NCBI RefSeq assembly: GCF_000150275.1
Contig: NW_002060948.1
Coordinates: forward strand, 2,782,180-2,846,179
Direction: 5' to 3'
Length of the DNA: 64,000 nt
DNA from: Trichoplax adhaerens
Lineage: Eukaryota > Animalia > Placozoa
Shown here: positions 13,576-38,722 of the stretch, piece by piece
Layout: every line of letters begins with the position of its first letter
How positions within the stretch are numbered: position 1 is the stretch's first letter
Made by a program: the position numbers and the translations under genes
The notes under the pieces: generated by a model
What the model was told of the DNA's origin: nothing
What the model saw: the letters and a program-made list of their open reading frames with translations, nothing else
The model's database searches: none

Positions 13576-13962
13576 TTGTACGAGTACACACTGACTACGG
13601 AGTACTGTACTGTACAATGCACATTACAGACTACTGTACAGTACTATATTGTACACTACAGTACAGTACTACAGACTACAGTACACTACAGTGTACAGTA
13701 CACACACTGTACACTGTACTGTACTGTATACTGTGCACTGACATCATTTTGGTTCTCATATGTACAGTACGCTTTCCTATACTCACTTCCTACAGACTAC
13801 AGACTACGGTACTATACTGTACTGTACGCTGTACTGTACTGTACACTGTACAGTACACCACAGAGTCACAGACTACAGTACTACAGTACAGAACAGTACA
13901 GTACAGTACAGTACAGTACAGTACAATACTGTATACTGTACAGTACACCGTGCACTGTAGAG
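13576..13962. repeat. (TACAG/CTGTA)n degenerate array upstream of EXOC8
   Basis: Long mixed-orientation pentamer array including several perfect CAGTA units near 13894-13925. Confidence 0.92.
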
Positions 13963-14321
13963 TGGACGGTAATATCAATGCATCCGTAATGACATCGTTT
14001 TTGCTCTCATTTTTACGCTTTCCTATACTGTAGACTCGGTATTTCGTGGTCTTAATGTCTTTACCTGAGGAGAATGGCTATTGCCCAATGGTTTGTGGTG
14101 TACAGCAGTGTCGCCACTAGCCTCAACGTAATCGCTAGCAAAAATCGTGTCACTACTAGGACGGTACTGGAATTTACGCCATCGTCTGACTATGTCTAAA
14201 ATCAACTGTCCGTCGTATGAATGTACCTTTACTGTAACACCAGTGGCCGGTCCATGATACAGTATCGCAATTGGTGTAGGGCTCGCTGACGATATGCGAG
14301 TCAACTGCCTACGGCAGATCG

Positions 14322-14347
14322 TGGTCGGTCGGTCGGTCGGTTGGTCC
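14322..14347. repeat. (GGTC)n tetranucleotide repeat about 110 nt upstream of the EXOC8 ATG
   Basis: tggtcggtcggtcggtcggttggtcc. Confidence 0.75.
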
Positions 14348-14449
14348 GTTGTGGGCAGAGCCTGCGCTTGCAGTGGTGTTGAGCGAGAAAGGCAGTTTGC
14401 AGTTATTGACAGTCAGTCGGCCCCTCCAAATAATGATTACAAAGTGAAA

Positions 14450-17400
14450 ATGGATATTGGATTCAGAAATTTAAGAGATATACTCAACGCTGAAAATTTC
14501 GATGCCGAAGAGTGTAAGGAATCATAGCAATGTTTTAGCGTGTCCTATACTTGTGTGATGTAAAGCGATTAGGCTAGTGTGGATGGCCATAGTAGCTAGA
14601 TTTACCGTAGTCGCTTATTGAGTGTTGGAATGGTTCATGTCGGTTAAGCGTTGACAATTCCATTTTTACATGCAAGTAGATTATTTTACATTTCTTGAGT
14701 AAACTCCACTGTACAGTATCTGTAAATCAGCTGATGAGTTGTGACACACACTGTAGAAATATTCTATTCATGGAGTATATGAAAATACAATACTGTACCT
14801 TTAAAGCGCCAATGCAAAATTGCAGCATAGAATATTGATAGATAGTATTGCCCAAGCAGTCTACTCGTTCATGCAGAACAGACACTACTGTGCTGTATAG
14901 CTACAAAGATATTTTCTTTTCAGCAAAATTGATACAATTATTAATGATTTCAATTTCAATGATATACGATAGGTATGTCTTTTAAATGACAGTCATTAAT
15001 AATTCTATCAATTCCTTCACTTTTTTTGATTGTCTTCTCTTTCATAGAACAGTATTCCAAATTAATGCCATCTTTTTCTTTCTTAAATAATTGTAAAGAT
15101 GCTGAAGATTTATCAGGTAATTTAGATGGCCTTCAAGATTTACTCAGGGTGAGAAAATGCATACATGCCATAAGTGAAGAAACTTCTGTAGCATTAAAGA
15201 GGAATGTTTACAAGAATTACAAGCAATTCATTGATACCTCCAAGGAGATTTCTTGTATCCGCAAACTGTAAAAACTGTATTCAATTGCTATGTAAAGGCA
15301 TGCACTGACTTACAATGTCATTAGCTGATGAATGGTTATCATCTTTGATACTATTTATCATGTATCCAGGTATCTCCTTGTGAGATACAGATTTAATATT
15401 CACTAGCAAATAACCAACAAATCTACCGTATAGCGAAGATAGATGCAGTATCTTGCGCATTTTCATAGATGGTCAATATACGCCATTAGTGATATTATTT
15501 GTACAGATTGTCCTCTACATATACTTCGTTACTACTGCATATTATGTAGCAGTTATACATGATAGGAAAATTACTAGTGTTACCTGTTGCATATACAAGT
15601 CAGGTTAACTAAGTAGTAACTGTCCCAAGATTTTATAGCTCGTTACCAGAATATCTATATAGTACCATAATTATAATTATCAAAGAGTCACTAAAGTACA
15701 GTATAATAATTAATTAATAAATGATATACTCGTATAGATGAGTTTTGCTTTATTGTTTCCATTTGTGATTGAATTTGGCACGAAATGAACGGTTAGTAAA
15801 CTTAATTAAAGCGCGCCAGATCTTGAAACTGAGATGTATCAGTTAAGTCATCTCTTAAGTGAAGAAAAAGCAATGATATCCAGCTTGTCAGAATTATCAG
15901 TTCTAAATAGTGGTGGTATGATAGCCAATTTTACTATTGCATAACTGTACCGTGGTGTCTTCAGATACTATGAAATCTTAAATATAAATTATTTTAATGT
16001 GAAAATTTTAATTTGCAGCTTCTAAATCATCTATTAAAGAAAAGGATAAATTTGTCAAGGATGAACAGTTACAGCAATTGCTAGACAGCATTGAAGGATA
16101 TAAGGTGAATTTACTATGCTTCTTATATTTTAACTGTAGTTGTAGAAAAATTTTCGTAAACCTTTAAACGTGTTAGTCAATATCTTCAGATATCGCGTAA
16201 GAATGGAAATATCATAAAAGACTCATCAGGCATTATTGATGGTATATTGTTTTGAATAAAAGGATTAAACTTTTAATTATCCCCGTAACTTTCATGCTAG
16301 GATGCAGAGGTTACTTCAGACACGCATATCGTCACACAAGGAAATTTACTAGAGATAAATCCTGATACAAAACAAGCTTTAAGGAACGTCTTCATGTTTC
16401 TTTTAAGTGATCGGATCCTAGTTACAACTCCATTACCGCAACGGTAACAAATAAATTAAAACGCAGAAATTTACTTGAATTCATAGTCATAATCTATCAT
16501 ATATATGTGGGTATATATAGCGAAAGAAAAAATAATCTCAAATATAAGCTAGAGGCTGAATACTTGTTTGGTTCGTTTGCTGTCGTTGATGTTCTTTCGG
16601 ACTCAGGTATTTTTAGCTGAAACATGTGATAGAAATTATCATAGTTCAAATTGCCAATTAATGAAGGTTCAAAGTTAATTGATAAAATTGATATTTAGGC
16701 GTGAAGAATGCCTTCAAATTCTTACCTAGTGAAGCTTTCTACCAAACTGGTAGTAGTGAAGCTAAGGTTCAGACAGTATAGCTTTCATATATCATCTATA
16801 CCAGTGTCTGTTAACGGTAGCTGACTAAAAAGATAAAAATCGATGAAGAAATATGTTTTTCTATATTTACTCAAATTTAGAGTATGTGGTTAAAAACTAT
16901 AAGGGAAGCAATGGAGAGCGCAGATTCTCGTAACATGTTACAGGCGAAAGATGATCCTATTAGTTCAACAGGTACCATTTCATCGATATTTAAACTGTTA
17001 CTATGTTAGATGTATCAAAATTTTTATAAAATTTAGAATCTTAATAAATGGATCGAAAGTTTCTTTTACGTACAAGAATTAAGATGATTTTCTGATTATA
17101 TTCATCTAGAAATCAACATTAATGTCGACTTTAATCAGCAATCACATGCAAGTGTATGTAATGTATTGCTACTAAATTCAGAATGTATACTAATACGATA
17201 GCATTTACAGATAACAAAAACTGCATTGATTGTATTACTAGGATCCTACATCGGCAGAAGAAGTGACGCAGTTGTTCGAAGATTTAGATATTTGTGTAGC
17301 CCAAAGAGACTTTGAAGGAGCTGCTACATTCGTCATTAAAAGTATTGGCTAACATTAAAAACTAATTTTTTCTCTAAAATAATTCTAGACTGTATATTGC

Positions 17401-19436
17401 ACCAAATTTTATAGTTATAACGCTTGTTAAAGTCGTATTTTGAATCTTAATAGTTCATGACATTATTGCCCACCGTGGAGGGACCGAAGATAAAGAATAC
17501 AAGTAAGTGTATGCATTTACTGTTTGAGTGTACTGGTTTATCTGTATCGTAAAAGGTATTGCATTATATAATTGAAATTAGAAAACGCTTGGACGAAATA
17601 ACTTTAGAGTTGTCTTCAAATCTGGCCCAGGAACTTACCAGTTTTTACGGTTCTTCTCTTCCCGGTGGCACTAGTTCTGTCAGAAAGGCTGTTGATATTC
17701 TAAAGAGACTTGAACGAACATCTTTGGTATAATCTTATATTCTAGAAGCAGTCCATTATTAATTATATAGTTAATACTAATATTCCTTTGATAATTAATT
17801 GATCTATTAGGCATGTCAACTATTTATGAAGAATCGAAGTTTTGCAACTAGATACAAATTGCGGTAAATTAAAATCATGATTTTTTAAACATAAAATGGA
17901 ATTAGTGTATTGATTTCTCTTGTTCATGTTATGCATTTCATGAATAGGCAATTAAAAATTGAAGGCGCTATAACTTTATACATAACGAAGCTTTCACGAG
18001 CATTTTTTAACGAGATGATACGAGCTGCAAAAGAGTTCCGTACATCGTTTGAAGACAAGCCTGAATGCTTTTCTTGTAAGATTAAGGGATAATTGTGTTG
18101 TTGGCGCTGGCGTCTCCTCTAGCCATAAATGATATTTGATTGCGGGTAAAGTGATGTGTAAGATAATTGTTTATTTTTATGAATTATGTTAGCTTTTGTT
18201 ATTTGGGCCAGAGGTGAGATGAAAGCTTTCGTCAGCAGTTTTTCTCGTCAAGTATTTCGAAACAATCTAAATATCTCTGTGGTATCAGAATGTGTGAGAG
18301 TTGCGTGCAACTATTGTGATGAGGTAATTTGAATTTGTAGTTTGATATAGTACAGAAATATCGTACTTGAGAATATATAGAGATATAAATATTAGTTAAG
18401 AAGTATACAATAACATGGTAACATAATGGACTATACTTATAACCCTTTTTTATAGCTAAAATCGGTAGGATTCGATTTAAAATTCATTTTGCACCGAGTT
18501 TTATTAAAGAATATTCTTGAGACGATTTTTGATGCTAGAGACCAGCTGATAGATGCATGTAAACACAGGGCTATAGTAAGTATTATCTTAATGAGAAGAA
18601 AATTATCATGCACTAAAAGTATGGTTAAAATTTGCATCAATGATGCATTAATTAATTAAAATCATTAGATTAAAATTCTTGTTAAATAAGTACTAACAAC
18701 TTTTCATAGGATGAGCAATGGAGGTCCGTAAATCTACGAAAGGAAGAGACAGCTCAAGTTTTAGTTCATGAAATGAATAATTACGGAATAGAATCCTTTC
18801 AAAACTATATATACAGTAAGTTTACGTTATATCAAAGATATCTCACAAAATTACGGAATTTGACATATGAATGACATTGTCTCTTTGGTAATTATTATTT
18901 TGAATAAAGATGGTTGTGTAATTCTCTTAAGTGAGTCCGTGATAGCTTTTGTTAAGAGGATTATGACTTTCTTGGAGGGGTGCTTTCAATTTGATGTTTG
19001 CGAGGTAACACAAATGTGTAAGAGTTAGTGTGATCAAGTATTGTAGACATGAATATGACGACTTTTTTCGTTTGTTACTTTGCACTAGATTAACGCAGTC
19101 ATAGTGGAATGCATCTGCGATATCTTTAAGTGTCAAATTAGGAATATGAAAGCGACACTGGCATCAAAACAATTTGCTAATGAAAAACCGTTTATCTTAA
19201 AAAATGCAGTGTTTCTAAATCATTGTTTACTGTCTTGCATCAAGCGTAAAACAGAAGCAATATTTGGATACTCTTTTAAGGAGTTTCGACAGCTCAGCTC
19301 ATTCATCGATAGCGAATTAGCTATAAATGAAAAAGCCAATGCGACAAAGTCTCAGGCAGATTATCCATCCCTCAAATCTGGACAAAGTGCAAGTCTTGAT
19401 GAAGAGTTTGACTATGATGATGCAGAATTTGTATAG
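14450..19436 (+). CDS. EXOC8: Exocyst complex component 8 (Exo84), ~702 aa, 19 exons (first 14450-14513, second 15099-15254, third 15820-15915, last 19089-19436)
   Basis: Motifs LKRNVYKNYKQFIDTSKEISYLETEMYQLSH, EDLDICVAQRDFEGA, RQLKIEGAITLYI.KLS and AFVIWA. The spliced frame stays open across all exons. Confidence 0.92.
15255..15819 (+). other. Candidate U12-type (minor spliceosome) intron in EXOC8
   Basis: Donor GTATCCGC. The 3' end AAACTTAATTAAAGCGCGCCAG has a CTTAAT branch-like motif and no polypyrimidine tract. Boundaries are fixed by the conserved EIS-Y-LETEMY. Confidence 0.6.
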
Positions 19437-20644
19437 TGAAATTGAATACTAAGGCCTAAACTGTTGGTTGTTATCGTTATGTATTGCAAATGTATAACAT
19501 TGTAATAATCATAGACACCTGGATATTTTATTATTCAATCTGAAGCATTTTACCTTGGATGTAGCCCGATTGTTTTTGTACTAATTTACATAATGAATTT
19601 TACGTTATCTTAATGTAAAAAATTACAGAAAATACCCCTTACACAACGGGAAGATTACTTTGGATAAGGATTTAGGATCTTTGACTTCATGGAGTCATTA
19701 TTTTTAAGAGTATCTGAAGTTGACGGCATTATACCCTTTAATAAGTAATATTCTACTTGTCCTTTCGGCTCCTTATATTAAGGATTTATTGGTAACTCAT
19801 GGAATTGTATAACAGGGAGAGCTACCAACCAAATTTTAGGGTTGATGAAGGGTAGCTGTAGTGTTTACAGCAACTTGTACAGAAATATCATTAATTTCAG
19901 TGTGCAAAAATGATTCTAAGATTGCTGTTTTCTTAATATCAGTTAAAATAAATAAATTACTTGCGTATAGTTGTATTATTATGGATTTTTTTTATAATAA
20001 TGATACTGTCTACAATTACAAATAAAATTGTACTATTTTTAGGTTGATCTTGGAGTCTGAGCTATTATGATCAATAGTACAATTTACTTCGCAGGGAGCA
20101 TTTGCATTTATTTCGCGTACCTAATTGAACAAACTGCGTTGTAAATAATTTATTGCTTAAGAGAAACTTCGATTTTAGCTGGGTTGTAAATTATCCATAG
20201 TACATTATAGTATCTCCATTAATCTCATAAGTACATTGAGTCTAAATGAAATAGCTACAGTAGAGATCCTTAGGCTACATCATTGTCTTGTTCTCTATTA
20301 GCTGTTGTGAATTAGCACATTCTGTACTATGTACGTATATAGTGATAGTCTAATATTGAATACAATCCAGCTAAATCGAAGTTTCTTTTAATCTCGTATT
20401 AGCTATTCACTTCAAAATTTTAGTTCCCTTTCATACCCTCTCCAGGACTGTTTAAAGCGTTCTAAGATGTCAAGTTTATTGTATACTGAATTATGGGTAT
20501 ATATATACAGTATACTTTATTGAATTAAATTGTTGATTAATATGACTGAATAAATTCGAGTATACCGTACACCGTTCACTAGGCTCTGCACTCAATTATG
20601 GTCTTCTTCTACTGATGCAGTCAGTAGTCCATGCCCAAATACCC

Positions 20645-20845
20645 GTGATACTGTACTATACTGTACGGTGTATTGTACAGTACATTTATTTACTGTATGC
20701 AGTACAGTACAAGGACTGTAGCGCAGAGTGTTAGTACAGTAGGGTACAGTACTGTACAGTATATTGTACTGTACCGTACAGTACAAGTGTGCATGTTACG
20801 GTACGGTAGATTTATTAGTGTACTGTACTGTACTGTACTGTAGAC
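20645..20845. repeat. (TACAG/CTGTA)n array upstream of MRPL47
   Basis: Ends with (TACTG)4 at 20821-20840, about 55 nt before the ATG. Confidence 0.9.
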
Positions 20846-20894
20846 TTGCAACGTGCTTGTGTTCCAACTTGGAAACTGCAACACGAATGGCAAT

Positions 20895-22507
20895 ATGTCC
20901 ACGTTGCTGAGACGAATTCGCAGGTAAGTTTCAGAAGATGAATGCGTTTTAATTCAAGTAAGGATTTACCTTCGGGTACGTATGTTACCCTGACATTAAC
21001 TATGCCTTATTTATACTGGCTAGCATTGCGTTAAATACCGTCAATCAGCTTGTTCCTTTTGCAAGAAATCGATCGTGCCCTGGTATAGTTGCAGTTCAGC
21101 AAAGGTCGATTAGTTGTAGCTTGAGTTGCCAAGGTTTGAAAGAATTTTTACCACAAAAAGGCGATTTACCGGATGAAGATGGAAAGCTAATTATAGGTTA
21201 TTCTTTCTACTAGCATAATGATACTCTTGTTATATATGGCTTTACAAGGTGCATGCAATATACGCGCACGGGTATACTCGTCGACCGTGCATGTGTAGCA
21301 GTTAGATTGCCAATGATGCTAGTACCGAAGTACAGTCAGTACTAATATGCGTGTATTCGTATTATGGTGTGCTTGGATATGGTATTGAGCAATTATTATA
21401 ATTAGCATTGCATGTGTGCATGATCCAGATTTGGCAGTCTGCATATCGCATCACTAATATAAAAAAGATACATGCTCAGCTTAAATTGAGAATTATCACC
21501 AAGATACAGTTCGCATTGATAATACTTTTCTAGTGATGCGTGCTACTAGCATAATGTGTAATTTTCAAATGGCTGATACACGTACAGGTGTTGGACCTTA
21601 TGTACAATAGTATACATTACATGAAATTTGCTATATTTAGCATTTTAGTCGTACAATACATGGATATGCTGATAATATATAATTAAGTAATTAAATATCC
21701 CATGGCACACGAGTATACGGTATAGTAGGTAGTTGCGATCTAATGATAGTATATTTGATTTCTCAGGGCGTAGTTGGAGGGCGAGTGAATTACGCGTCAA
21801 AAGCTTTGAGGATTTGCTTAAACTATGGTAAGCAATATTATGTTTTCTAGAAGCTATTCGTTCAATTAGGATTTATAAAAAGGGATCTTGTACTATCTCA
21901 TCCAAGGCTGAAGTTGTAGTATTATATTGCCTTACAAATTACTGCAGCCGAATGTTACCTTTAAGCTGATAGCACTAAGCGCTGCTTTGATATGATGCTT
22001 GCAGGTATGTCTTATTGAAAGAGAAAAATATGTTGTTAACATTACAACATGAAGCTCGAAGACAACGAGTGCCTATGCCTGGTCCAGAAAGATTGATAAA
22101 GGTAGAACAGATATTAGTAAGATTTGGAGAGTTACGATGAAGATGTTCTAGAAATACTAAACTTAGCTACATTGCTTCTTTACGCTTATAAAGGTGAATA
22201 AATCAATGGCGAGGATTCGCCATGTATTAAGGGAAAGGGTAAGAATGAACGTTACAGTAACGATCACTGTACCGTAATTATTGTATAATTAATTATAAGC
22301 TCGCGATGGATAGGGAAATATCAATGACCGAGGCTACTACCTTGTAATTGTTCTGTCCAATTTGTGGCCAACATTGCTGCTTTTATGATAATGTCTATAC
22401 AAATATTGCATGATGTGATTTAATACATGACTTCTTATTCGATACGGTTAAACTATTAGGAAACAGCTAGAGAGAAAATTCGTCCAGCAAGTAAGAAGAG
22501 CAATTAA
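20895..22507 (+). CDS. MRPL47: Mitochondrial ribosomal protein L47 (uL29m), ~150 aa; exons 20895-20923, 21024-21196, 21767-21827, 22005-22101, 22194-22238, 22460-22507
   Basis: Arg-rich N-terminal transit-like peptide, GLKEF, and [33 protein letters not shown]...[21 protein letters not shown]. The ORF track misses it because the exons are short. Confidence 0.9.
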
Positions 22508-23722
22508 AAATAAAAAATAATATGTATCGTTCGGATAACGACTAATTAATTAAATTATAATTAAGATTTGTCATTGTAATATTTGAAAACGGTATTAACT
22601 ATTTTAATAGCAAGTAATAAAGCTACTATGAAGGATAAGAATTTAATTTACTGTATATGTTGATCGTACGATCTAAAGTATATGCACAATCTTTTGGTTA
22701 GGATAGTATATAATTTCGTTTAATCTAATAGATTTAGTCCCATTTATTATCTTTATAAACTAAGACTAAACATTTACGATGATGTCGTATTGCATTTTCT
22801 TAAAACGCTTATGTTATTCTGCTCATTTTTGCTATTCGTAATGTAAAAATATAATCCTTCTATTAGCAAATGCCTTCTGCGTATATAATGTTGTTAGTAG
22901 ATTAACGTGTATTGCCTTATCATTTAGTAATTGAAATTGGATAAAATTTGTAATTGTGTCAGTATTATGATTTCTCACCGGTGCAGTTACTATGAACTTT
23001 ACTACAATATTACTATTATTCGACGAAATCGTAATAATGAGACCCTAGTGTAATAAACTGACATAAATACTGAGTGACCTTACTTAAAATACAATTGTAT
23101 CTATATCATAAGATAGTTGGCTCCCTCTATGTATAAATTAAATTTTAATGCTCGATATTGATAGCTAATTTATTTTCTATGACGTCAAATTTTGACTTAC
23201 GGGACAGTTATGATATGTAATAATCAACACATGATCGTAATTTTCGATCTTTCCTAGTCATAATCTTGAAAAGACCGCAATTGGTGATATTTCATATTGA
23301 ATTTATGGAAGTAACGCAAATGGACATAAGCTGGTATCAATAGCCAGCGACACAAACTTCACAACTTTACGAAGGAAATATGGCTATCATAATAGCAAAT
23401 ATGCTAAACTACGTCATGAATAGTAAAATTATTAAATTATATACATTAGAAATATAAAGTTACAAGTAATCACAGTATCTCAATAACGCATAAACTAAAT
23501 AATCTTACAAAAAAATTAGTGCATCTAAGAATAATGATTATCAACAAAACCTGCAATTGATCAAGATAATTTACATCATAATATTTGTAACCAGATTATT
23601 TACTCTATCTAAAGGTTAATAAAATAGTAAATTGGTCTAAATTAGCAGGGCTTACTATTCCTAGAATGTTTTCCAGCGAACTAATCTTAACACTCCTCCT
23701 AAAGTATATCAATAGATCTCTA

Positions 23723-26626
<2,904 letters not shown>

Positions 26627-27498
26627 AGCTGGAGTTTGCTTTTGCTCTGACACCCAATAACCGTTTGTTGGCCAAATTGATCGTAATGTCCAATCTGCGG
26701 CTAACGAAAACTAATCAATCTACTTCCTGCTTTGACGTAGCGTCGTTGAATAACGATCTAGTGATTCTAAAATCTCCTGTGACTGTAGGCGATATTTTCT
26801 ATCTTTGGATTTCTTGTCCACAATCAACTAGTATTGCATGCAGCTTGTACTGGCGAGAGCGTGCCTATTTGCTTGATTCTACTGTATTCAAGCTATGAAA
26901 AAAAGGCCAATCTTGCGATCTTTCGCAGGCCTCCGTGCTGGCTGCTGCTAGGTTACTGTCGTGGCTGCGCGCGCACGTAAACCTTGCAATACTGTGTTAC
27001 AGTACTGGGACAGTATTGGATACTGGACACTATGGTAGCGCGCATTTTGCATAATGTAGTAGAGTCATGGACTAGTGGAAATTTGGAGTCGTCCATGTTT
27101 TTTAGTCTTTCATTTTTTGTAAAAGTCCCAGGTTTTAGTCATGTCTTTGGCAGTCTATGATTGTGCTATGGTACTCGTACTGACTATTTTGGCATGGTTT
27201 GGAACTGTATTGTCTTTCCTTTTGGTAGTCCCTGGTACCTAGGGTACAGCAACTGTGCATTCGATTGTACTTTTTGTTCAAATGGCTTCAAGCTCTCTGT
27301 TTCAGCGATGTCTGTGCAGCAACGTTGCAAAACTAGGCTGGCATATCGCAATTAGTATTCGAGCGCGCGTTCACAGCATACGCTGTACAGTACATGATCT
27401 AAATATTAAGTCGATATAAAACTTGACCATAGTATATTATTATTTTTCCCCAATTTAGTAAGTAAATAAATAATGATAGCTCGGTAATCATGATTCAT

Positions 27499-28580
27499 CA
27501 ATCTAGCATTCTCGCCATTTTGTAGGTGTACAGTGTACAGTGTACAGTACAATGGTACTATACAGTAGTGTACACTGTACAGTACGACGGGCGTCGTGTC
27601 AATGTGCACATTGAGCCTTGTACTGTACACTCAGTGTACAGTATAGTACAGTATACAGTAGTAGTACTGTGGACGTTCGCCAGTTTTAATGAACGAACGT
27701 ACGAACGTCCAATTTGAACGTCGGACGTTCATTGAACGTACCAACGTACACAGTGTACAGTGTTAACACTACAGTATATAGTGTACACTGTACAGTACGG
27801 TATAAGACTATACTATACTGTACACTGTACATACAGTACAGTAGTACAGTATACTGTAGTCATGACTCTGAAATACAAAGTGTTGTAAAAGACGTTTGTA
27901 CTACTGTACTGTACTGTACTGTATAGTATTGGGGTGGGATTATACAAACTGACTGTATACACTGTACTGTACACTGTACACTGTACAGTACAGTTCGTCG
28001 ACGTCCGATCTGACAACGAACGTACATACCGAACGTCCAAAATCGAACGTCCGTTGGACGTCCAATCGCTCGACGTCTACAGCACTATACAGTAGTACTG
28101 TGCCCTATGTTATCCAGTACTTGAATCTAGCATTCTAGCCATTTTGGAGGTGTACAGTGTACAGTGTACAGTACAGTGGTACTATACAGTACTGTACTGT
28201 ACAGTGTACAGTACAGTACGACGGGCGTCGTCTCAATGTGCACATTGAGCCTTGTATAGTACAGTATACAGTAGTACTGTGCCCTATGTTATCCAGTACT
28301 TCAATCTAGCATTCTCGCCATTTTGGAGGTGTACAGTGTACAGTGTACAGTACAGTGGTACTATACAGTACTGTACACTGTACAGTACGTTGGGCGTCGT
28401 GTCAATGTGCACATTGAACCTTGTTCAGTATAGTATCCTACTGTGCCCTATGTTATCCAGTACTGTACCGTACTGTACCGTAAAAAGCGCAATGAACATC
28501 ATACAGTACTATTGTTTCATGCCGGATACAGTACCGTACACTGTACGCTCATTGTACTGTACTACTGTACACTGTACTAA
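27499..28580. repeat. Composite repeat in the PDE6D/PTPN11 divergent intergenic region: three copies of a ~120-180 bp unit embedded in TACAG/TGTACA arrays
   Basis: The unit aatctagcattct(c/a)gccattttg(t/g)aggtgtacagtgtacagtgtacagtaca...gggcgtcgt.tcaatgtgcacattga occurs at about 27500-27620, 28124-28255 and 28303-28424. Confidence 0.9.
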
Positions 28581-28895
28581 CTGGGAGGATTATGGTCATG
28601 GAGGTAAAAAAAGAAAAGAAAATTTCCCCTATCGTACAGACGGACATACGTACAGTACAAATGACTGAAAGAAGTGGTACCAACTGGCATGACTCGTCAT
28701 GACCTGTTCACCATGGTGGTCAAATAGTGTCCACTGGACACACTGGGCACCGTATAGTACAGTATAATACTGGAGTGAAAGTTGAAGCTATTGCCCGTGG
28801 GGCGCGTTGACGGGTTGACTATTTCATTCGAGGACACTCGTATAGTAACAATACAATTGGAAATTTCATCTGCTTCAGATCGTCATCAAATCAAT

Positions 28896-37465
<8,570 letters not shown>

Positions 37466-38722
37466 TCTGCGGAGATTTCATATATTATATCAAGAATGAT
37501 AACATTGGCGTCGTTATAAACTTTGTCGGGGTTTTAAAGTATTATCCATTCGGTGGCATTCATGGGCTTTGAAATTCGCTAATAATTTCCGTTTCTATTG
37601 ATTGATTTTTAAGATAAATAAGTTATATGAACTTAGGCTGCCGTATTTGATGATTACATTATCGTTCCATAGCCGTTGTTATAATAGCTCGTAATGAAGA
37701 ATCCAACTTACAAAAAATTTCTTCTATTTATTGCTGGCGTTAAATTTTAGTATTTCTTACATAGTAATTCTTTACAAGTGTACGTAAAGTGATTGCATTT
37801 AACGAAGTCTTTGCTTGAGACCATTTTCTTTATGCATTATTTTGATAAGATTTACTGTAAATAGGGCATAATTTCTCATTTTGATGGCATAGATGGCTTC
37901 GTTAGTCTGACGAATAGTAAAAATTTTTTAAATATCTCTTGACTTAAAATTGGTAAATATATATATATCTATATAAAACGTTCTCTTATTGATATTTACT
38001 GTATGATTTGCTATTCCTTAGAAATTGCTAAGATGCAGAAATACCGTATGCCATTATCTGGTAATAATTAGGTTTAATTTGTATGTAAACGATGCTAGAC
38101 AATTTGATCGTTTATAACAGCTTAGACATCAAATTTGAGTGTAATAATTTTCTATGCAAATTGTGCATATCATTTCCGAACTGATGGTATTTACATGTAT
38201 TCTTTCAGCAGATATTTACAATTACGATCGCTTTGATTAAGGCTATGATCAATTGAATGTTTATTTACGAATTTGTTCGATGATATTGCTTATAAATTCA
38301 TATATTTAATTGAGGGGAGACATATGCAGTATTTCATTTATTGTGTTCTTCAATATACATTTATAAAATATGTTTAAGAAATTTTTCAATTTAATTGTAA
38401 TGATAATGAAATAAGCCTGGTATAATATATTATGATGACAGTTATAATTTCTTTTATGCATATCTACATTTCGTAGCACAATGTATTATTTGCCCTTATT
38501 AAGGGCCTTGAATTACTTACCTTTTGGTGGACCATTGGCAACTTAACAGGAGATAGCGGTCATATTGCTGTTAAAAAATATGAATTTTCAAGTTGCACTT
38601 CATCTGTAAGGAAAAGTCTAGCTGTGTATTATGAAATAAGAGTACCCTGTTGTACGTAGAATCATTGCTGACAATAGTGTTTGTATTATGCTAATCAATA
38701 TCGTAATGAAACACAGATTACA

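Noticed and set aside
12770-14033. Overlapping ORFs rich in YSTVQ/TVLYC
   Set aside because: These are translations of the stop-poor TACAG pentamer arrays, not proteins.
14023-14304. 93-aa minus-strand ORF between C1orf50 and EXOC8
   Set aside because: It lies in the GC-richer promoter zone with a non-ATG start and no recognisable homology.
20592-20902. Two minus-strand ORFs upstream of MRPL47
   Set aside because: Derived from the pentamer array.
27406-28668. ORFs in the repeat block, and a CRISPR-like reading of the three palindromic units
   Set aside because: The ORFs are repeat translations. Unit spacing is irregular, there are no unique spacers or cas genes, and the DNA is eukaryotic.
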